Shown here: positions 15,001 to 27,100 of the stretch, one piece after another | Position numbering within the stretch: position 1 is the stretch's first letter | Layout: each line of letters opens with the position of its first letter | Origin: Balanoglossus misakiensis | Lineage: Eukaryota; Animalia; Hemichordata | NCBI GenBank assembly: GCA_040954595.2 | Contig: CM082580.2 | Location: 14,088,389-14,152,388 of the forward strand | Length of the DNA stretch: 64,000 bases | Reading direction: 5' to 3' | Notes under the pieces: model-generated | Seen by the model: only the letters and a program-made list of their open reading frames with translations | The model's database searches: none | What the model was told of the DNA's origin: nothing | Position numbers and translations under genes: made by a program

Positions 15001-18000
15001 TTCCTGAGCTATAACCCATGATTTTTTCAAAAAATGAGCAAATTTTGAAAATTCGCAAACTCGAAAAATCTTCGATTTTTGACGATTTTCCTGAGCTATA
15101 ACCCATGATTTTTTCAAAAAATGAGCAAATATTGAAAATTCGCAAACTCGAAAAATCTTCGATTTTTGACGATTTTCCTGAGCTATAACCCATGATTTTT
15201 TCAAAAAATGAGCAAATATTGAAAATTCGCAAAGTCGAAAAATCTTCGATTTTTGACGATTTTCCTGAGCTATAACCCATGATTTTTTCAAAAAATGAGC
15301 AAATATTGAAAATTCGCAAAGTCGAAAAATCTTCGATTTTTGACGATTTTCCTGAGCTATAACCCATGATTTTTTCAAAAAATGAGCAAATTTTGAAAAT
15401 TCGCAAAGTCGTAAAATCTTCGATTTTTGACGATTTTCCTGAGCTATAACCCATGATTTTTTCAAAAAATGAGCAAATTTTGAAAATTCGCAAAGTCGAA
15501 AAATCTTCGATTTTTGACGATTTTCCTGAGCTATAACCCATGATTTTTTCAAAAAATGAGCAAATTTTGAAAATTCGCAAACTCGAAAAATCTTCGATTT
15601 TTGACGATTTTCCTGAGCTATAACCCATGATTTTTTCAAAAAATGAGCAAATTTTGAAAATTCGCAAAGTCGAAAAATCTTCGATTTTTGACGATTTTCC
15701 TGAGCTATAACCCATGATTTTTTCAAAAAATGAGCAAATTTTTAAAATTCGCAAACTCGAAAAATCTTCGATTTTTGACGATTTTCCTGAGCTATAACCC
15801 ATGATTTTTTCAAAAAATGAGCAAATTTTTAAAATTCGCAAACTCGAAAAATCTTCGATTTTTGACGATTTTCCTGAGCTATAACCCATGATTTTTTCAA
15901 AAAATGACCAAATTTAGAAAATTCGCAAACTCGAAAAATCTTCGATTTTTGACGATTTTCCTGAGCTATAACCCATGATTTTTTCAAAAAATGAGCAAAT
16001 TTTGAAAATTCGCAAACTCGAAAAATCTTCGATTTTTGACGATTTTCCTGAGCTATAACCCATGATTTTTTCAAAAAATGAGCAAATTTTAAAAATTCGC
16101 AAACTCGAAAAATCTTCGATTTTTGACGATTTTCCTGAGCTATAACCCATGATTTTTTCAAAAAATGAGCAAATTTTGAAAATTCGCAAACTCGAAAAAT
16201 CTTCGATTTTTGACGATTTTCCTGAGCTATAACCCATGATTTTTTCAAAAAATGAGCAAATTTTGAAAATTCGCAAACTCGAAAAATCTTCGATTTTTGA
16301 CGATTTTCCTGAGCTATAACCCATGATTTTTTCAAAAAATGAGCAAATATTGAAAATTCGCAAACTCGAAAAATCTTCGATTTTTGACGATTTTCCTGAG
16401 CTATAACCCATGATTTTTTCAAAAAATGAGCAAATATTGAAAATTCGCAAACTCGAAAAATCTTCGATTTTTGACGATTTTCCTGAGCTATAACCCATGA
16501 TTTTTTCAAAAAATGAGCAAATATTGAAAATTCGCAAACTCGAAAAATCTTCGATTTTTGACGATTTTCCTGAGCTATAACCCATGATTTTTTCAAAAAA
16601 TGAGCAAATATTGAAAATTCGCAAACTCGAAAAATCTTCGATTTTTGACGATTTTCCTGAGCTATAACCCATGATTTTTTCAAAAAATGAGCAAATTTTG
16701 AAAATTCGCAAACTCGAAAAATCTTCGATTTTTGACGATTTTCCTGAGCTATAACCCATGATTTTTTCAAAAAATGAGCAAATTTTGAAAATTCGCAAAC
16801 TCGAAAAATCTTCGATTTTTGACGATTTTCCTGAGCTATAACCCATGATTTTTTCAAAAAATGAGCAAATTTTGAAAATTCGCAAACTCGAAAAATCTTC
16901 GAATTTTGACGATTTTCCTGAGCTATAACCCATGATTTTTTCAAAAAATGAGCAAATATTGAAAATTCGCAAACTCGAAAAATCTTCGATTTTTGACGAT
17001 TTTCCTGAGCTATAACCCATGATTTTTTCAAAAAATGAGCAAATATTGAAAATTCGCAAACTCGAAAAATCTTCGATTTTTGACGATTTTCCTGAGCTAT
17101 AACCCATGATTTTTTCAAAAAATGAGCAAATTTTGAAAATTCGCAAACTCGAAAAATCTTCGATTTTTGACGATTTTCCTGAGCTATAACCCATGATTTT
17201 TTCAAAAAATGAGCAAATTTTGAAAATTCGCAAAGTCGAAAAATCTTCGATTTTTGACGATTTTCCTGAGCTATAACCCATGATTTTTTCAAAAAATGAG
17301 CAAATTTTGAAAATTCGCAAAGTCGAAAAATCTTCGATTTTTGACGATTTTCCTGAGCTATAACCCATGATTTTTTCAAAAAATGAGCAAATTTTGAAAA
17401 TTCGCAAAGTCGAAAAATCTTCGATTTTTGACGATTTTCCTGAGCTATAACCCATGATTTTTTCAAAAAATGAGCAAATTTTGAAAATTCGCAAAGTCGA
17501 AAAATCTTCGATTTTTGACGATTTTCCTGAGCTATAACCCATGATTTTTTCAAAAAATGAGCAAATTTTGAAAATTCGCAAACTCGAAAAATCTTCGATT
17601 TTTGACGATTTTCCTGAGCTATAACCCATGATTTTTTCAAAAAATGAGCAAATTTTGAAAATTCGCAAACTCGAAAAATCTTCGATTTTTGACGATTTTC
17701 CTGAGCTATAACCCATGATTTTTTCAAAAAATGAGCAAATTTTTAAAATTCGCAAACTCGAAAAATCTTCGATTTTTGACGATTTTCCTGAGCTATAACC
17801 CATGATTTTTTCAAAAAATGAGCAAATTTTGAAAATTCGCAAACTCGAAAAATCTTCGATTTTTGACGATTTTCCTGAGCTATAACCCATGATTTTTTCA
17901 AAAAATGAGCAAATATTGAAAATTCGCAAACTCGAAAAATCTTCGATTTTTGACGATTTTCCTGAGCTATAACCCATGATTTTTTCAAAAAATGAGCAAA

Positions 18001-18142
18001 TATTGAAAATTCGCAAAGTCGAAAAATCTTCGATTTTTGACGATTTTCCTGAGCTATAACCCATGATTTTTTCAAAAAATGAGCAAATATTGAAAATTCG
18101 CAAAGTCGAAAAATCTTCGATTTTTGACGATTTTCCTGAGCT
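1..18142 (-). repeat. 87-bp tandem satellite, left arm (~208 monomers, continues past window start)
   Basis: Direct reading: reverse complement of the unit CATGGGTTATAGCTCAGGAAAATCGTCAAAAATCGAAGATTTTTCGACTTTGCGAATTTTCAAAATTTGCTCATTTTTTGAAAAAAT repeated with few substitutions; 29-aa periodicity in ORF track. Confidence 0.99.
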
Positions 18143-21100
18143 CAAAAATCGAAGATTTTTAAAGTTTGCGAATTTTCAAAATTTGCTCATTTTTTGAAAA
18201 AATCATGGATTATAGCTCAGGAAAATCGTCAAAAATCGAAGATTTTTCGACTTTGCGAATTTTCAAAATTTGCTCATTTTTTGAAAAAATCATGGGTTAT
18301 AGCTCAGGAAAATCGTCAAAAATCGAAGATTTTTCGACTTTGCGAATTTTCAAAATTTGCTCATTTTTTGAAAAAATCATGGGTTATAGCTCAGGAAAAT
18401 CGTCAAAAATCGAAGATTTTTCGAGTTTGCGAATTTTCAAACTTTGGTCATTTTTTGAAAAAAATCATGGGTTATAGCTCAGGAAAATCGTCAAAATTCG
18501 AAGATTTTTCGACTTTGCGAATTTTCAAAATTTGGTCATTTTTTGAAAAAATCATGGGTTATAGCTCAGGAAAATCGTCAAAAATCGAAGATTTTTCGAC
18601 TTTGCGAATTTTCAACATTTGCTCATTTTTTGAAAAAATCATGGGTTATAGCTCAGGAAAATCGTCAAAAATCGAAGATTTTTCGACTTTGCGAATTTTC
18701 AACATTTGCTCATTTTTTGAAAAAATCATGGGTTATAGCTCAGGAAAATCGTCAAAAATCGAAGATTTTTCGAGTTTGCGAATTTTCAACATTTGCTCAT
18801 TTTTTGAAAAAATCATGGGTTATAGCTCAGGAAAATCGTCAAAAATCGAAGATTTTTGGACTTTGCGAATTTTCAAAATTTGGTCATTTTTTGAAAAAAT
18901 CATGGGTTATAGCTCAGGAAAATCGTCAAAAATCGAAGATTTTTGGACTTTGCGAATTTTCAAAATTTGGTCATTTTTTGAAAAAATCATGGGTTATAGC
19001 TCAGGAAAATCGTCAAAAATCGAAGATTTTTGGACTTTGCGAATTTTCAAAATTTGGTCATTTTTTGAAAAAATCATGGATTACAGCTCAGGAAAATCGT
19101 CAAAAATCGAAGATTTTTCGACTTTGCGAATTTTCAAAATTTGCTCATTTTTTGAAAAAATCATGGGTTATAGCTCAGGAAAATCGTCAAAAATCGAAGA
19201 TTTTTCGACTTTGCGAATTTTCAAAATTTGGTCATTTTTTGAAAAAATCATGGGTTATAGCTCAGGAAAATCGTCAAAATTCGAAGATTTTTCGACTTTG
19301 CGAATTTTCAAAATTTGGTCATTTTTTGAAAAAATCATGGGTTATAGCTCAGGAAAGTCGTCAAAATTCGAAGATTTTTCGACTTTGCGAATTTTCAAAC
19401 TTTGGTCATTTTTTGAAAAAAATCATGGGTTATAGCTCAGGAAAGTCGTCAAAATTCGAAGATTTTTCGACTTTGCGAATTTTCAAACTTTGGTCATTTT
19501 TTGAAAAAAATCATGGGTTATAGCTCAGGAAAGTCGTCAAAATTCGAAGATTTTTCGACTTTGCGAATTTTCAAAATTTGGTCATTTTTTGAAAAAATCA
19601 TGGGTTATAGCTCAGGAAAGTCGTCAAAAATCGAAGATTTTTCGAGTTTGCGAATTTTCAACATTTGCTCATTTTTTGAAAAAATCATGGGTTATAGCTC
19701 AGGAAAATCGTCAAAAATCGAAGATTTTTCGAGTTTGCGAATTTTCAACAATTGCTCATTTTTTGAAAAAATCATGGGTTATAGCTCAGGAAAATCGTCA
19801 AAAATCGAAGATTTTTCGAGTTTGCGAATTTTCAACAATTGCTCATTTTTTGAAAAAATCATGGGTTATAGCTCAGGAAAATCGTCAAAAATCGAAGATT
19901 TTTCGAGTTTGCGAATTTTCAACATTTGCTCATTTTTTGAAAAAATCATGGGTTATAGCTCAGGAAAATCGTCAAAAATCGAAGATTTTTCGAGTTTGCG
20001 AATTTTCAACATTTGCTCATTTTTTGAAAAAACCATGGGTTATAGCTCAGGAAAATCGTCAAAAATCGAAGATTTTTCGAGTTTGCGAATTTTCAAAATT
20101 TGGTCATTTTTTGTAAAAATCATGGGTTATAGCTCAGGAAAATCGTCAAAAATCGAAGATTTTTCGAGTTTGCGAATTTTCAAAATTTGCTCATTTTTTG
20201 AAAAAATCATGGGTTATAGCTCAGGAAAATCGTCAAAAATCGAAGATTTTTCGAGTTTGCGAATTTTCAAAATTTGGTCATTTTTTGAAAAAATCATGGG
20301 TTATAGCTCAGGAAAATCGTCAAAAATCGAAGATTTTTCGAGTTTGCGAATTTTCAAAATTTGGTCATTTTTTGAAAAAATCATGGGTTATAGCTCAGGA
20401 AAATCGTCAAAAATCGAAGATTTTTCGAGTTTGCGAATTTTCAAAATTTGGTCATTTTTTGAAAAAATCATGGGTTATAGCTCAGGAAAATCGTCAAAAA
20501 TCGAAGAATTTTCGACTTTGCGAATTTTCAAAATTTGGTCATTTTTTGAAAAAATCATGGGTTATAGCTCAGGAAAATCGTCAAAAATCGAAGAATTTTC
20601 GACTTTGCGAATTTTCAAAATTTGGTCATTTTTTGAAAAAATCATGGGTTATAGCTCAGGAAAATCGTCAAAAATCGAAGATTTTTCGACTTTGCGAATT
20701 TTCAAAATTTGCTCATTTTTTGAAAAAATCATGGGTTATAGCTCAGGAAAATCGTCAAAAATCGAAGATTTTTCGACTTTGCGAATTTTCAAAATTTGCT
20801 CATTTTTTGAAAAAATCATGGGTTATAGCTCAGGAAAATCGTCAAAAATCGAAGATTTTTCGACTTTGCGAATTTTCAAAATTTGGTCATTTTTTGAAAA
20901 AATCATGGGTTATAGCTCAGGAAAATCGTCAAAAATCGAAGATTTTTCGAGTTTGCGAATTTTCTAAATTTGGTCATTTTTTGAAAAAATCATGGGTTAT
21001 AGCTCAGGAAAATCGTCAAAAATCGAAGATTTTTCGAGTTTGCGAATTTTCAAAATTTGCTCATTTTTTGAAAAAATCATGGGTTATAGCTCAGGAAAAT

Positions 21101-24100
21101 CGTCAAAAATCGAAGATTTTTCGAGTTTGCGAATTTTCAAAATTTGCTCATTTTTTGAAAAAATCATGGGTTATAGCTCAGGAAAATCGTCAAAAATCGA
21201 AGATTTTTCGAGTTTGCGAATTTTCAAAATTTGCTCATTTTTTGAAAAAATCATGGGTTATAGCTCAGGAAAATCGTCAAAAATCGAAGATTTTTCGACT
21301 TTGCGAATTTTCAAAATTTGGTCATTTTTTGAAAAAATCATGGGTTATAGCTCAGGAAAATCGTCAAAAATCGAAGATTTTTCGACTTTGCGAATTTTCA
21401 AAATTTGGTCATTTTTTGAAAAAATCATGGGTTATAGCTCAGGAAAATCGTCAAAAATCGAAGATTTTTCGACTTTGCGAATTTTCAAAATTTGCTCATT
21501 TTTTGAAAAAATCATGGGTTATAGCTCAGGAAAATCGTCAAAAATCGAAGATTTTTCGACTTTGCGAATTTTCAAAATTTGCTCATTTTTTGAAAAAATC
21601 ATGGGTTATAGCTCAGGAAAATCGTCAAAAATCGAAGATTTTTCGACTTTGCGAATTTTCAAAATATGGTCATTTTTTGAAAAAATCATGGGTTATAGCT
21701 CAGGAAAATCGTCAAAAATCGAAGATTTTTCGACTTTGCGAATTTTCAAAATATGGTCATTTTTTGAAAAAATCATGGGTTATAGCTCAGGAAAATCGTC
21801 AAAAATCGAAGATTTTTCGACTTTGCGAATTTTCAAAATTTGCTCATTTTTTGAAAAAACCATGGGTTATAGCTCAGGAAAATCGTCAAAAATCGAAGAT
21901 TTTTCGACTTTGCGAATTTTCAAAATTTGCTCATTTTTTGAAAAAACCATGGGTTATAGCTCAGGAAAATCGTCAAAAATCGAAGATTTTTCGACTTTGC
22001 GAATTTTCAAAATTTGCTCATTTTTTGAAAAAATCATGGGTTATAGCTCAGGAAAATCGTCAAAAATCGAAGATTTTTCGAGTTTGCGAATTTTCAAAAT
22101 TTGCTCATTTTTTGAAAAAATCATGGGTTATAGCTCAGGAAAATCGTCAAAAATCGAATATTTTTCGAGTTTGCGAATTTTCAAAATTTGCTCATTTTTT
22201 GAAAAAATCATGGGTTATAGCTCAGGAAAATCGTCAAAAATCGAAGATTTTTCGACTTTGCGAATTTTCAAAATTTGGTCATTTTTTGAAAAAATCATGG
22301 GTTATAGCTCAGGAAAATCGTCAAAAATCGAAGATTTTTCGAGTTTGCGAATTTTCAAAATTTGCTCATTTTTTGAAAAAATCATGGGTTATAGCTCAGG
22401 AAAATCGTCAAAAATCGAAGATTTTTCGAGTTTGCGAATTTTTAAAATTTGCTCATTTTTTGAAAAAATCATGGGTTATAGCTCAGGAAAATCGTCAAAA
22501 ATCGAAGATTTTTCGACTTTGCGAATTTTCAAAATTTGCTCATTTTTTGAAAAAATCATGGGTTATAGCTCAGGAAAATCGTCAAAAATCGAAGATTTTT
22601 CGACTTTGCGAATTTTCAAAATTTGCTCATTTTATTGAAAACATCATGGGTTATAGCTCAGGAAAATCGTCAAAAATCGAAGATTTTTCGACTTTGCGAA
22701 TTTTCAAAATTTGCTCATTTTTTGAAAAAATCATGGGTTATAGCTCAGGAAAATCGTCAAAAATCGAAGATTTTTCGACTTTGCGAATTTTCAAAATTTG
22801 CTCATTTTTTGAAAAAAACCATGGGTTATAGCTCAGGAAAATCGTCAAAAATCGAAGATTTTTCGAGTTTGCGAATTTTCAAAATTTGGTCATTTTTTGT
22901 AAAAATCATGGGTTATAGCTCAGGAAAATCGTCAAAAATCGAAGATTTTTCGAGTTTGCGAATTTTCAAAATTTGCTCATTTTTTGAAAAAATCATGGGT
23001 TATAGCTCAGGAAAATCGTCAAAAATCGAAGATTTTTCGAGTTTGCGAATTTTCAAAATTTGGTCATTTTTTGAAAAAATCATGGGTTATAGCTCAGGAA
23101 AATCGTCAAAAATCGAAGATTTTTCGAGTTTGCGAATTTTCAAAATTTGCTCATTTTTTGAAAAATCATGGGTTATAGCTCAGGAAAATCGTCAAAAATC
23201 GAAGATTTTTCGAGTTTGCGAATTTTCAAAATTTGCTCATTTTTTGAAAAAATCATGGGTTATAGCTCAGGAAAATCGTCAAAAATCGAAGATTTTTCGA
23301 CTTTGCGAATTTTCAAAATTTGCTCATTTTTTGAAAAAATCATGGGTTATAGCTCAGGAAAATCGTCAAAAATCGAAGATTTTTCGACTTTGCGAATTTT
23401 CAAAATTTGCTCATTTTATTGAAAACATCATGGGTTATAGCTCAGGAAAATCGTCAAAAATCGAAGATTTTTCGACTTTGCGAATTTTCAAAATTTGCTC
23501 ATTTTTTGAAAAAATCATGGGTTATAGCTCAGGAAAATCGTCAAAAATCGAAGATTTTTCGACTTTGCGAATTTTCAAAATTTGCTCATTTTTTGAAAAA
23601 ATCATGGGTTATAGCTCAGGAAAATCGTCAAAAATCGAAGATTTTTGCGACTTTGCGAATTTTCAAAATTTGCTCATTTTTTGAAAAAACCATGGGTTAT
23701 AGCTCAGGAAAATCGTCAAAAATCGAAGATTTTTCGACTTTGCGAATTTTCAAAATTTGCTCATTTTTTGAAAAAACCATGGGTTATAGCTCAGGAAAAT
23801 CGTCAAAAATCGAAGATTTTTCGACTTTGCGAATTTTCAAAATTTGCTCATTTTTTGAAAAAACCATGGGTTATAGCTCAGGAAAATCGTCAAAAATCGA
23901 AGATTTTTCGACTTTGCGAATTTTCAAAATTTGCTCATTTTTTGAAAAAACCATGGGTTATAGCTCAGGAAAATCGTCAAAAATCGAAGATTTTTCGACT
24001 TTGCGAATTTTCAAAATTTGCTCATTTTTTGAAAAAACCATGGGTTATAGCTCAGGAAAATCGTCAAAAATCGAAGATTTTTCGACTTTGCGAATTTTCA

Positions 24101-27100
24101 AAATTTGCTCATTTTTTGAAAAAATCATGGGTTATAGCTCAGGAAAATCGTCAAAAATCGAAGATTTTTCGACTTTGCGAATTTTCAAAATTTGCTCATT
24201 TTTTGAAAAAATCATGGGTTATAGCTCAGGAAAATCGTCAAAAATCGAAGATTTTTCGACTTTGCGAATTTTCAAAATTTGCTCATTTTTTGAAAAAATC
24301 ATGGGTTATAGCTCAGGAAAATCGTCAAAAATCGAAGATTTTTCGACTTTGCGAATTTTCAAAATTTGCTCATTTTTTGAAAAAATCATGGGTTATAGCT
24401 CAGGAAAATCGTCAAAAATCGAAGATTTTTCGACTTTGCGAATTTTCAAAATTTGCTCATTTTTTGAAAAAATCATGGGTTATAGCTCAGGAAAATCGTC
24501 AAAAATCGAAGATTTTTCGACTTTGCGAATTTTCAAAATTTGCTCATTTTTTTGAAAACATCATGGGTTATAGCTCAGGAAAATCGTCAAAAATCGAAGA
24601 TTTTTCGACTTTGCGAATTTTCAAAATTTGCTCATTTTTTGAAAACATCATGGGTTATAGCTCAGGAAAATCGTCAAAAATCGAAGATTTTTCGACTTTG
24701 CGAATTTTCAAAATTTGCTCATTTTTTGAAAAAATCATGGGTTATAGCTCAGGAAAATCGTCAAAAATCGAAGATTTTTCGACTTTGCGAATTTTCAAAA
24801 TTTGCTCATTTTTTGAAAAAATCATGGGTTATAGCTCAGGAAAATCGTCAAAAATCGAAGATTTTTCGACTTTGCGAATTTTCAAAATTTGCTCATTTTT
24901 TGAAAAAACCATGGGTTATAGCTCAGGAAAATCGTCAAAAATCGAAGATTTTTCGACTTTGCGAATTTTCAAAATTTGCTCATTTTTTGAAAAAAACCAT
25001 GGGTTATAGCTCAGGAAAATCGTCAAAAATCGAAGATTTTTCGACTTTGCGAATTTTCAAAATTTGCTCATTTTTTGAAAAAACCATGGGTTATAGCTCA
25101 GGAAAATCGTCAAAAATCGAAGATTTTTCGACTTTGCGAATTTTCAAAATTTGCTCATTTTTTGAAAAAACCATGGGTTATAGCTCAGGAAAATCGTCAA
25201 AAATCGAAGATTTTTCGACTTTGCGAATTTTCAAAATTTGCTCATTTTTTGAAAAAACCATGGGTTATAGCTCAGGAAAATCGTCAAAAATCGAAGATTT
25301 TTCTACTTTGCGAATTTTCAAAATTTGCTCATTTTTTGAAAAAATCATGGGTTATAGCTCAGGAAAATCGTCAAAAATCGAAGATTTTTCGACTTTGCGA
25401 ATTTTCAAAATTTGCTCATTTTTTGAAAAAATCATGGGTTATAGCTCAGGAAAATCGTCAAAAATCGAAGATTTTTCGACTTTGCGAATTTTCAAAATTT
25501 GCTCATTTTTTGAAAAAATCATGGGTTATAGCTCAGGAAAATCGTCAAAAATCGAAGATTTTTCGACTTTGCGAATTTTCAAAATTTGCTCATTTGTTGA
25601 AAAAATCATGGGTTATAGCTCAGGAAAATCGTCAAAAATCGAAGATTTTTCGACTTTGCGAATTTTCAAAATTTGCTCATTTTTTGAAAAAATCATGGGT
25701 TATAGCTCAGGAAAATCGTCAAAAATCGAAGATTTTTCGACTTTGCGAATTTTCAAAATTTGCTCATTTTTTGAAAAAATCATGGGTTATAGCTCAGGAA
25801 AATCGTCAAAAATCGAAGATTTTTCGACTTTGCGAATTTTCAAAATTTGCTCATTTTTTTGAAAACATCATGGGTTATAGCTCAGGAAAATCGTCAAAAA
25901 TCGAAGATTTTTCGACTTTGCGAATTTTCAAAATTTGCTCATTTTTTGAAAACATCATGGGTTATAGCTCAGGAAAATCGTCAAAAATCGAAGATTTTTC
26001 GACTTTGCGAATTTTCAAAATTTGCTCATTTTTTGAAAAAATCATGGGTTATAGCTCAGGAAAATCGTCAAAAATCGAAGATTTTTCGACTTTGCGAATT
26101 TTCAAAATTTGCTCATTTTTTGAAAAAATCATGGGTTATAGCTCAGGAAAATCGTCAAAAATCGAAGATTTTTCGACTTTGCGAATTTTCAAAATTTGCT
26201 CATTTTTTGAAAAAACCATGGGTTATAGCTCAGGAAAATCGTCAAAAATCGAAGATTTTTCGACTTTGCGAATTTTCAAAATTTGCTCATTTTTTGAAAA
26301 AACCATGGGTTATAGCTCAGGAAAATCGTCAAAAATCGAAGATTTTTCGACTTTGCGAATTTTCAAAATTTGCTCATTTTTTTGAAAACATCATGGGTTA
26401 TAGCTCAGGAAAATCGTCAAAAATCGAAGATTTTTCGACTTTGCGAATTTTCAAAATTTGCTCATTTTTTGAAAACATCATGGGTTATAGCTCAGGAAAA
26501 TCGTCAAAAATCGAAGATTTTTCGACTTTGCGAATTTTCAAAATTTGCTCATTTTTTGAAAAAATCATGGGTTATAGCTCAGGAAAATCGTCAAAAATCG
26601 AAGATTTTTCGACTTTGCGAATTTTCAAAATTTGCTCATTTTTTGAAAAAATCATGGGTTATAGCTCAGGAAAATCGTCAAAAATCGAAGATTTTTCGAC
26701 TTTGCGAATTTTCAAAATTTGCTCATTTTTTGAAAAAACCATGGGTTATAGCTCAGGAAAATCGTCAAAAATCGAAGATTTTTCGACTTTGCGAATTTTC
26801 AAAATTTGCTCATTTTTTGAAAAAACCATGGGTTATAGCTCAGGAAAATCGTCAAAAATCGAAGATTTTTCGACTTTGCGAATTTTCAAAATTTGCTCAT
26901 TTTTTGAAAAAACCATGGGTTATAGCTCAGGAAAATCGTCAAAAATCGAAGATTTTTCGACTTTGCGAATTTTCAAAATTTGCTCATTTTTTGAAAAAAC
27001 CATGGGTTATAGCTCAGGAAAATCGTCAAAAATCGAAGATTTTTCGACTTTGCGAATTTTCAAAATTTGCTCATTTTTTGAAAAAACCATGGGTTATAGC

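Noticed and set aside
18120-18170. Palindromic chimeric-read artefact as cause of the inversion
   Set aside because: The arms carry different variant patterns immediately either side of the junction, so one is not a copy of the other; an assembly misjoin is not formally excluded.
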